From Telmatocola sphagniphila (lineage in GTDB: Bacteria > Planctomycetota > Planctomycetia > Gemmatales > Gemmataceae), in assembly GCF_018398935.1 (NCBI RefSeq), contig NZ_CP074694.1:3360001-3392000 (forward strand): 32,000 nt of DNA. The letters are read 5' to 3'. The notes beneath the pieces are model-generated. The model searched no databases. It was not told the DNA's origin and saw nothing but the letters and a program-made list of their open reading frames with translations. Positions 1 to 7,091 of the stretch are shown in pieces. Each line of letters begins with the position of its first letter. Positions within the stretch are counted from its first letter, which is position 1. The translations under genes were made by a program, and so were the position numbers.

Positions 1-129
1 TTGAGATTCTTCGGATTTTTCGCCGAGGAATCCACTAGCTGAATCCCAGTCAATCGCTTAGACTCATATTCAACTCATTCAGTCGACTGGCCTGAATCGC
101 CAGCAGATCCGCTTATTTTGAGGCATACC

Positions 130-2895
130 ATGATTCGAATGACGGCTCTTCTCGTAGCGATACTCTTCTCGCAACCCATTTCAGCACAGGATGCCCCGCA
201 AAAAATGGCTTCGGTTGAGGGAGTGACGGAATACAAGCTCTCCAATGGGGCTCGAGTTCTGCTCTACCCTGAAAATAGTCGTCCCAACATAACCATAAAC
301 ATGACCGTACTCGTCGGTTCCCGACATGAAGGCTACGGCGAAACCGGCATGGCTCATCTACTTGAGCACATGGTTTTCAAAGGAACCCCCACCTTCCGAA
401 ATGTTCCGAAGGCCATTCAGGACCACGGTGCGAATTTCAACGGCACTACGAATGAAGACCGCACTAACTACTTCGAGACCATGCCCGCCAGCGATGAGAA
501 TCTGGAATTCGGGATCCAACTCGAATCGGACCGACTGGTGAACAGTTTCGTCCGCAGGGAGGATTTGATCTCGGAAATGACTGTGGTTCGAAACGAATTC
601 GAACGGGGCGAGAATAACCCGGGAGGGATCCTGAATCAGAAGATCCACGCCGCCGCTTACGAATGGCACAATTACGGCAAATCCACCATTGGCAACCGCT
701 CGGATATCGAACGGGTACCCATCGAAAATCTGCAGGCCTTCTACAAAAAGTTTTACCAGCCAGACAACGTCGTGCTGATTATCACCGGCAAGTTCGAAGA
801 AGCCAATGCTTTGGCGTTGGTACAGAAATACTTGGGATCGATTCCCAAACCGAAACGGGTTCTCAGTGACACCTACACGGAAGAACCGGCTCAGGACGGT
901 GAACGCTCGGTCACCCTTCGTCGCGTTGGAACCGTCGGCTCGGTCGGGATCGCCTATCACATGCCGGCGGCTTCCCATGCCGATTGGGCTCCTCTGAATC
1001 TCCTGGGAAATATCATCTCGCAGCAACCCAACGGACGGCTCTATAAGGCACTGGTTGAATCGAAGAAATCTTCCGGCGTATTTGCCAACGCGAGCAACAT
1101 GCATGACCCCGGACTTTTCATGGTCGCTGCTCAAGCCGAACCCGCCAAACTAGATGATGTTCGCGACACACTCATTCAAGTCATGGAGAATCTGGGGAAG
1201 GAAGCTTTTACCTCGGACGAGGTGGAGAGGGCCAAGGTACGCGTTAAACGGGGTGACGAACGTCGTTTCACAGACGCCGTGGCCATGTCGCAATCTTTGA
1301 GTTCGGCTTCTGCGTTAGGTGATTGGCGACTTCTGTTCATCCAGCGAGACCGCCTGGCCGCCGTGACTGCAGAGGATGTCAATCGCGTTGCCAAGGCCTA
1401 TTTCCAGCGTCAGAATCGAACCGTCGGCGTATACATCCCACAGGACAAACCGAACAGAATCTCCGTCCCCGCTTCCCCGAATCTCAAAGATGTCGTCAAG
1501 GATTATAAGGGGGGTGCCGTCACCGAGGCCGGGGAGGTCTTCGATCCTACGCCGGAAAATCTCGATACCCGTACGAAGATTGTTGAACTGGATGGTCTGA
1601 AAGTTGGTATGCTCGCAAAGAAAAATCGAGGAGAATCGGTTTCGCTGGTTCTGACTCTTCATTACGGGAATGAAGAATCCTTGCGGCCATTTGTCGGCGC
1701 GGCCGGCATGCTCCCGAATATGATGATGGCCGGAACGAAAAAACATGATCGCGAATCGCTGCGCGAAGAACTCGATCGACTCGGGATTCGCATCAGCGCC
1801 GGTATGGGCGGCGGTGGCGGTCGTCGCCCTGGGGGCGGACGCGGGGGCGCGGGCCCAGGTGGCACACCAGGGCAATTGACCTTCAGCGTGGAAGCTAAAA
1901 AATCGACTTTACCGCAGGCCATCACTCTGCTCGGTGAAATTTTGCGGGAACCCTCGTTCCCCGATGAAGAATTCGACACGATGAAACGCCGGGGCATTCT
2001 GATGCAGCAGAATAATCGAACGGATCCGGCAGCGCTGGCGGGCAACAAATTGCAGCGGGCAATGTCCCCCTACCCCCCAGATGACATTCGGTACGTCCCC
2101 ACAATGGACGAAGCCATCAAACGGCTCGAAGACACCACCCTCGATCAGATTCAGACGCTTTACAAAACTCAGATCGGGGCCGGTCACGGCGAACTGGGAA
2201 TTGTCGGCGATTTCGATCCCGAAAAGACTCTCACACAGATCAAAGAGATTCTGAAAGATTGGAAATCGGAAGTTCCCGTGCGACGAATCGAGAGAACTGC
2301 TCCCAAGAATATGATGGCCAACCATGAAGATATCGTCACACCGGATAAGGCCAATGCCGTGTTTATGGCCGGTTTGGCCTTCCCGATGAAAGAAGGCGAT
2401 CCAGACTACGCCGCGATGCGAATCGGCAACTACATGTTCGGCGGTGGCACGCTCTCGTCGCGGTTAGGCAATCGCATTCGTCAGAAAGAAGGCCTGTCCT
2501 ACGGAGTGACTTCTTCCTTGAATGCAAATCCGCGAGACAATGCCGCCAGCTTCACGATTAATGCGATCACCAACCCGGCCAACATCCAAAAAGTGGAAAA
2601 AGCGGTCGAGGAAGAACTCACCGAGTTTCTGAAAAATGGTCCTTCGCAATCGGAACTGAGCGATGCCCAGCGAGCTTATCTGGAATCGCAGAAGGCAAGT
2701 CGGACATCAGATGCCGGCATCGCCAGCCAGATTACGACGAATCTTCAGCTGGGCCGAAGCTTCTCTCACATCAGCGAGATGGAGAAAAAGATTAACAATC
2801 TTTCTCCCGATGAGGTGCGTGCCGCGTTTCTACGACACATCGATCCCAAGAAGATCGTGATTATCCGTGCGGGGGATTTCAAAGATCAGAAGTAA
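130..2895 (+). CDS. Secreted M16 (pitrilysin-family) zinc metallopeptidase, double-length (two fused M16 units)
   Basis: The ORF track gives 118..2895 with a TTG start. I prefer the ATG at 130, preceded by GAGG at 120-123. It has a signal peptide (MIRMTALLVAILFSQPISAQ). The inverted zinc motif HLLEH (nt 355-369) sits in GMAHLLEHMVFKGT, followed by NGTTNEDRTNYFE, which is typical of M16. The 920-aa length fits an active half plus an inactive half. Confidence 0.9.
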   Translation: MIRMTALLVAILFSQPISAQDAPQKMASVEGVTEYKLSNGARVLLYPENSRPNITINMTVLVGSRHEGYGETGMAHLLEHMVFKGTPTFRNVPKAIQDHGANFNGTTNEDRTNYFETMPASDENLEFGIQLESDRLVNSFVRREDLISEMTVVRNEFERGENNPGGILNQKIHAAAYEWHNYGKSTIGNRSDIERVPIENLQAFYKKFYQPDNVVLIITGKFEEANALALVQKYLGSIPKPKRVLSDTYTEEPAQDGERSVTLRRVGTVGSVGIAYHMPAASHADWAPLNLLGNIISQQPNGRLYKALVESKKSSGVFANASNMHDPGLFMVAAQAEPAKLDDVRDTLIQVMENLGKEAFTSDEVERAKVRVKRGDERRFTDAVAMSQSLSSASALGDWRLLFIQRDRLAAVTAEDVNRVAKAYFQRQNRTVGVYIPQDKPNRISVPASPNLKDVVKDYKGGAVTEAGEVFDPTPENLDTRTKIVELDGLKVGMLAKKNRGESVSLVLTLHYGNEESLRPFVGAAGMLPNMMMAGTKKHDRESLREELDRLGIRISAGMGGGGGRRPGGGRGGAGPGGTPGQLTFSVEAKKSTLPQAITLLGEILREPSFPDEEFDTMKRRGILMQQNNRTDPAALAGNKLQRAMSPYPPDDIRYVPTMDEAIKRLEDTTLDQIQTLYKTQIGAGHGELGIVGDFDPEKTLTQIKEILKDWKSEVPVRRIERTAPKNMMANHEDIVTPDKANAVFMAGLAFPMKEGDPDYAAMRIGNYMFGGGTLSSRLGNRIRQKEGLSYGVTSSLNANPRDNAASFTINAITNPANIQKVEKAVEEELTEFLKNGPSQSELSDAQRAYLESQKASRTSDAGIASQITTNLQLGRSFSHISEMEKKINNLSPDEVRAAFLRHIDPKKIVIIRAGDFKDQK

Positions 2896-2921
2896 TTCGG
2901 AATCCCACCCCTTATCAAACC

Positions 2922-2950
2922 AATCGGCTGGATCCCCAGCCGATTTTTTT
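2922..2950. terminator. Rho-independent terminator shared by convergent genes (M16 peptidase and sialidase)
   Basis: A perfect 10-bp stem pairs AATCGGCTGG (2922-2931) with CCAGCCGATT (2936-2945) around a 4-nt loop. On the plus strand a T7 run follows (2944-2950). On the minus strand the same hairpin is followed by TTGGTTTG. Confidence 0.8.
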
Positions 2951-4118
2951 ATTGACCATCGAAATGATCCTTATTGTCCGTCAGCCATTGCAGCGTGAAT
3001 CGGGCGAACATCATGCGCTTGTAGTTTTCCGCCTCGTACAGGCAACCAATCGATCCATCAGATAAACCGACCAGAACGGCGTAAGCGAAGAAATCCTTGG
3101 TAAGAACCTTTTGCACCGGCCAGGTCTTTCCTTCGTCGTAGCTCAGAAACATCTTGCCGTTTTCTCGTTTTTTGGATTGCGGGCCGCAGAAAAGCAATCG
3201 ACTCTTTTTTCCGTCGGCCGGATCGGTGTACCTTATGATGGAAGCATTGCAGGTGGGATCTTTCTGTTCGGGGACATCCTTCACTGCAGACCAGTTTTTG
3301 CCGCCATCGGAACTGACGCTCGTTTTTCGCAGCCCCGTTCCTCCCACCCGGCGAACATTAAATCGAATCGAGCCATCACTGAGTTCCGCGAACTGAGCTT
3401 CGTTTACGAGACTGAGCTTCTTTCCCTGGGCATCGGTTTTGATGCCTTCCGGTGCGATTTCACCGCATTGCCAGGTCTTTCCCAGATCGTCGCTATAAAC
3501 GGCATAGATACTCCAAAGCATGCCGACGCGGTCGTTAAAGGGAAACAGCAACCGGCCCGCATGTTGGCCGTGTCGGAGTTGAATGCCAATTCCTGGTCCG
3601 CTAGCCATTGTTAATACGTTATCAGTACGTTTGGTCTGACGAGTCACATCCACGGGCTTCGACCAGGTCTTCCCCGAATCCTGGCTCTGGATCAGAAAAT
3701 TGCGGACGACATTATCTCCTTCGAAACCGGCGCCGAGTTTGGCACTATATTCCGCCTGCCCCGCCGGGTAGGACTGATAGATCAGAAACAGGGTGCCCGT
3801 TTTCGCTTCCACAACGCAACAGGGATTATTCAGAGATCGATCTCCGCCATCCGCAATCGTTTTCAATGCCGACCAGGTCCGGCCAGAATCCAAGCTCTTC
3901 TTCAGAACCAGCTTATTGTTCGCCTGATCCCGCTCGGCCTGACGCCCTTCCGCGAAGGCGAGCAAAGTCCCGTCGGGAGCCAGAATAATCGAGGGAATGC
4001 GAATCGATTTGTAGCCTTCGCTTTCGGAGCGGAAGACTTCGAAAAATTCAGGTTCCACGGCCCGGCTACAGTGAGTGACCGCCAATAAGAGAAGGGATCC
4101 CAAGCCGAATCGAAACAT
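2949..4118 (-). CDS. Secreted BNR/Asp-box exo-alpha-sialidase-like glycoside hydrolase (GH33-like)
   Basis: It has a signal peptide (MFRFGLGSLLLLAVTHC) and an RIP motif (YKSIRIPSI). There are five Asp-boxes of the form SxDxGxTW: SLDSGRTWS, SQDSGKTWS, SDDLGKTWQ, SSDGGKNWS and SYDEGKTWP. A C-terminal GCLYE resembles the sialidase Tyr/Glu region. Confidence 0.8.
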   Translation of the reverse strand: MFRFGLGSLLLLAVTHCSRAVEPEFFEVFRSESEGYKSIRIPSIILAPDGTLLAFAEGRQAERDQANNKLVLKKSLDSGRTWSALKTIADGGDRSLNNPCCVVEAKTGTLFLIYQSYPAGQAEYSAKLGAGFEGDNVVRNFLIQSQDSGKTWSKPVDVTRQTKRTDNVLTMASGPGIGIQLRHGQHAGRLLFPFNDRVGMLWSIYAVYSDDLGKTWQCGEIAPEGIKTDAQGKKLSLVNEAQFAELSDGSIRFNVRRVGGTGLRKTSVSSDGGKNWSAVKDVPEQKDPTCNASIIRYTDPADGKKSRLLFCGPQSKKRENGKMFLSYDEGKTWPVQKVLTKDFFAYAVLVGLSDGSIGCLYEAENYKRMMFARFTLQWLTDNKDHFDGQ

Positions 4119-4174
4119 GATAGATTCCGGGGCGAAGTTGGAGATACAACTTTGGCGTGTCTTATCAGTTTACG

Positions 4175-4214
4175 AAAAAAGCGTAGCTGCCATCCCGGGA
4201 TGAAGCAGCTACGC
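4175..4214 (-). terminator. Rho-independent terminator downstream of rpsG
   Basis: On the minus strand, GCGTAGCTGC (4214-4205) pairs with GCAGCTACGC (4190-4181) as a 10-bp stem with a 14-nt loop. A T6 run follows (complement of A-run 4175-4180). Confidence 0.85.
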
Positions 4215-4247
4215 TTGGAATTTTGAAGCGATATCGCGTCGAACTGT

Positions 4248-4718
4248 TTAGGCGAAGTGGCTGAAGGCCTTGTTGGCGTCAGCCATCTTGATGGTCTGTT
4301 CCCGTTTGCTCATGGCCTCACCTTCACGGCGATAAGCAGCCATCAATTCATCGGCGAGGCGAAGGTACATCGCTCGGCCTGTTTTGCCGCGGCAGGCGCC
4401 GAGGATCCAGCGGATCGACAGACTCTGCTGGCGATCTTTCTTCACCGGCATGGGAATCTGATAGTTAGCACCCCCCACGCGGCGGGAACGAACTTCGACG
4501 GTCGGCTTGACATTCTCAACGGCTTGAAGGAAGACATCCACCGGAGAGATATCCTTCATCTTCGATTGAATCTGGTCCATCGCGTTGTAGAAGATGCGGG
4601 TGGCGGTAGCTTTCTTACCGTCGTACATCATGCAATTGATGAATTTGCTAACGAGGTCGGAGCCGAAGCGGACATCGGGCTTCAGCATTTTTTTGGAAGC
4701 GGTTCTCTTCTTGGCCAT
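4248..4718 (-). CDS. rpsG: 30S ribosomal protein S7
   Basis: The 156-aa product aligns by eye along its full length to bacterial S7. Matching segments include KFINCMMYDGKK, VKPTVEVRSRRVGGANYQIP and ANKAFSHF. Confidence 0.97.
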   Translation of the reverse strand: MAKKRTASKKMLKPDVRFGSDLVSKFINCMMYDGKKATATRIFYNAMDQIQSKMKDISPVDVFLQAVENVKPTVEVRSRRVGGANYQIPMPVKKDRQQSLSIRWILGACRGKTGRAMYLRLADELMAAYRREGEAMSKREQTIKMADANKAFSHFA

Positions 4719-4844
4719 GATCTTTCCTGAAACGAGGGTGGCGGGAGCCTTAGAGACTCACCGTTAGTCCGGAATAAAGGAATTCCGCTTGGAAATCCCG
4801 CCCTCCCGGACATTGGCTAAAATAAAGGTCTTACGGCAGTAGGC
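4719..4844 (-). promoter_or_regulatory. Structured rpsL-rpsG intercistronic spacer (candidate S7 translational operator)
   Basis: The spacer is 126 nt. In the mRNA sense, a 7-bp GC helix pairs GGCGGGA (4802-4796) with UCCCGCC (4746-4740). It encloses an inner hairpin, CGGAAU/AUUCCG (4770-4775 with 4782-4787). The 3' arm ends about 15 nt before the rpsG RBS and ATG. Confidence 0.3.
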
Positions 4845-5219
4845 TTACTTGCCTTCCTTCTTGGCGCCGTACTTGGAACGAGCTTGCTTACGATCCGAAA
4901 CGCCCTGGCTGTCCAAGACACCACGGACGATGTGATAGCGAACGCCGGGCAAGTCGCGGACGCGACCGCCGCGAACGAGAACGATCGAGTGTTCCTGAAG
5001 GTTGTGGCCTTCGCCGGGAATGTAAGCGGTAACTTCAATCTGGTTGCTGAGACGAACGCGGGCCACCTTACGCAGAGCCGAGTTCGGCTTCTTCGGCGTC
5101 ATGGTCTTAACCTGCAGGCAAACGCCGCGCTTCTGCGGACAACCCTGCATGGCGGGGTGCTTCGGCTTGGACTTCTGCACCACACGAGGTTTGCGAACCA
5201 GTTGATTAATCGTCGGCAT
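4845..5219 (-). CDS. rpsL: 30S ribosomal protein S12
   Basis: The 124-aa product is near-identical in its blocks to bacterial S12. Matching segments include [39 protein letters not shown] and [14 protein letters not shown]. Confidence 0.98.
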   Translation of the reverse strand: MPTINQLVRKPRVVQKSKPKHPAMQGCPQKRGVCLQVKTMTPKKPNSALRKVARVRLSNQIEVTAYIPGEGHNLQEHSIVLVRGGRVRDLPGVRYHIVRGVLDSQGVSDRKQARSKYGAKKEGK

Positions 5220-5256
5220 ATATCAGATCCTTCGTGGGACGGTAATTCAGCCGCCC

Positions 5257-5670
5257 TTATTTAATGGCACTGTAGTCTGTTGGCTTCATGTAATAGCTTT
5301 CGACTTTGTCGACCAGCTTACCGTTCTTTTCCGAAGCTTCGCGGGCTTTATTCCAAACGGGATCATCCCGGAAGGCTTTCCAGGACTTATCCGCTGCTTC
5401 TTTGCTGGGATAGCCAAGAACGTAGATCAACTTCTCGACTTTGTCTTTGGGATTGGTTTCGGTCCAGAAACCAATCAAAGTCATGCCGTGCTTTTCAAAG
5501 AGCTTGCAGGTGTGATCGCGAAAACGGGCGTTCAGATCGTCCATCTTTCCGGGAGCGGCATAATAAATCCGCAGCTCGAAAACGCGGTTCGCTTTATCTT
5601 CTTGCTTATCGTTCACAGCCGAAACCGTCGAGACGAGTAATAATAGAGCCAGCAGCGCGAGTGCACGCAT
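5257..5670 (-). CDS. NIPSNAP-family protein with N-terminal signal peptide
   Basis: It has a signal peptide (MRALALLALLLLVSTVSA). The remaining ~115 aa show the NIPSNAP pattern: FELRIYYAAPGKMDDLNARFRDH..LFEKHGMTLIGFW, ending ..MKPTDYS. Confidence 0.8.
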   Translation of the reverse strand: MRALALLALLLLVSTVSAVNDKQEDKANRVFELRIYYAAPGKMDDLNARFRDHTCKLFEKHGMTLIGFWTETNPKDKVEKLIYVLGYPSKEAADKSWKAFRDDPVWNKAREASEKNGKLVDKVESYYMKPTDYSAIK

Positions 5671-5678
5671 ACATCACC

Positions 5679-6026
5679 TTACTTCTTGGCGTACTTGGGA
5701 TCAGCCTTCGCCAGGACGCGAATGGTAGCACCACTCTTCTTGGCATACAGTTCCTTGGTACCATCCGGGAGAAAGCGAACGGCCACCCGAGTCGGCTTGT
5801 CGCTTACTGGATCCACATAGGCGACCTTGGAAACATCGACGGGCATTTCCATCGAAAGGCGACCGCCCTGGGGATTACGTCGATTGGGCTTCACGTGCTT
5901 CCAAACCAGGTTAACGCCCTGAACGACGACCTGATTGGTCTTGCGGTTCACGCGAACAACCTTGCCCCGTTTTCCCTTATCGTCGCCACTGATAACCTGT
6001 ACCAGATCGTTAGTTCGTATGTTCAT
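5679..6026 (-). CDS. rplX: 50S ribosomal protein L24 (KOW domain)
   Basis: [34 protein letters not shown]..QGG aligns with E. coli L24 ([34 protein letters not shown]..PGG). Only 8 nt separate its stop from the NIPSNAP start. Confidence 0.92.
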   Translation of the reverse strand: [115 protein letters not shown]

Positions 6027-6312
6027 GGCATCACCTAATCATTATCTATCGGAACTAAACAATATATTGCGCCAAACGGGCTCGCATAGACCTTTAAGTG
6101 AAAAATGCGGGAGTTTTTCGAGCCCGCTTTTTCCAGGAATCGCATCTCGTTCTGCTGGAACTCGACGGTGAAAAATCCGCAACAATCATAAACCGATTCT
6201 AATTTTTTTCTGCTGATAAAGCATTAAAGGACGCACTCAACGAAACGGATTCTAAACCTCTTCCCTCAAAATGTTTGCAACAAGTTGGACGAAAGCGTCC
6301 TAAAATAATTCC

Positions 6313-6801
6313 ATGCGATTCCTCATCGATGGCTACAACTTGTTGTACCACTATGGTCTGGCCGACCGTTCCCGGTCCTGGCAGGCTAATCGGGAGCGAT
6401 TTGTCGACTGGCTGAGAGAAACGATTCCCAATTTTGTGGAATGGAAAGTCGTTTTCGATGCTCAAAAAATGAGCCGCCTGAAAACTGTACCCATTGAAAG
6501 CAGCCCTCATGTGATCATCGCCAAGGGAATCAGCGCGGATCAATGGATCGAAGAATATCTGATTCGTGGGAATTCGGAGAAGTGGACTGTCGTTTCCAAC
6601 GATCGACAAGTCATTCATTCCGCCAAAAGCACGGGGAACATGGCTTGGAACTGCGATAAATTTTTAGATTGGCTGCAGTCTCCGACCGCCCCGAAACCGA
6701 AAATCGAACCTGCAAATTTGAACGACAAGCCAGAGGTGATGAGCGAGTTGGAATTGAATCAACTGGCAAAAATCTTCACCCTGAAAAAGCACTTACCGTA
6801 A
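6313..6801 (+). CDS. YacP/Rae1-like NYN (PIN-like) domain ribonuclease
   Basis: MRFLIDGYNLL, KVVFDAQ, SADQWIEEYL and VVSNDRQV match the YacP pattern (LVDGYN, VVFDA, ADExIE, V[AV]TSDxxxQ). Confidence 0.72.
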   Translation: MRFLIDGYNLLYHYGLADRSRSWQANRERFVDWLRETIPNFVEWKVVFDAQKMSRLKTVPIESSPHVIIAKGISADQWIEEYLIRGNSEKWTVVSNDRQVIHSAKSTGNMAWNCDKFLDWLQSPTAPKPKIEPANLNDKPEVMSELELNQLAKIFTLKKHLP

Positions 6802-6858
6802 GCCAAAAAGCCACTTACGGTCTCTCACTTGGTGGATTAGGGTATAGGGATCCGTAAC

Positions 6859-6996
6859 TTACCTGCGGCGATCCCAAATTGTGTAACTGGCCATGATTCC
6901 AAAGGCCAAGCCCATCAAAGCAAACATCACGCCGAACCAGCCGTACTGCGAGTAAACGTACTCATACGACTTATTAATCACATTCGCGAAAAGCAT
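6859..6996 (-). CDS. Possible 45-aa single-pass membrane peptide (below the ORF-track cutoff)
   Basis: The ATG at 6996 is preceded by AAGGAAATAGG. The product is MLFANVINKSYEYVYSQYGWFGVMFALMGLAFGIMASYTIWDRRR. It has one hydrophobic helix and a positive C-terminus. It lies 95 nt downstream of recJ on the same strand. Confidence 0.3.
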   Translation of the reverse strand: MLFANVINKSYEYVYSQYGWFGVMFALMGLAFGIMASYTIWDRRR

Positions 6997-7091
6997 GTCC
7001 TATTTCCTTTTTTGATGAAACAGGGGTACAAATTGTGGCACAACTAAATATGGAACAAAAAACCGGAAAAATTGTTAAAATCAGGAACTTT

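Noticed and set aside
5-32. A 10-bp hairpin with one G-U pair (GATTCTTCGG / CCGAGGAATC) at the extreme left edge.
   Set aside because: It has no flanking U-tract on either strand, and the upstream context is outside the window. It cannot be assigned as a terminator or a regulatory element.
358-1134. A 258-aa minus-strand ORF, plus other ORFs of 60-190 aa within 326-2860.
   Set aside because: All lie inside the M16 peptidase gene, in antisense or off-frame. The Pro-rich ORF 1662..2048 is simply the complement of the Gly-rich insert.
5280-6038. A 252-aa plus-strand ORF spanning the NIPSNAP and rplX loci.
   Set aside because: It runs antisense across two independently recognisable genes and their 8-nt junction. 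Its composition is Arg/Ser-rich and shadow-like.
6199-6618. A 139-aa minus-strand ORF overlapping the start of the NYN-domain gene.
   Set aside because: The plus-strand frame carries the conserved YacP/NYN motifs (DGYN, VVFDA, SNDRQV). The minus-strand product has none and would leave the NYN gene without its N-terminus.
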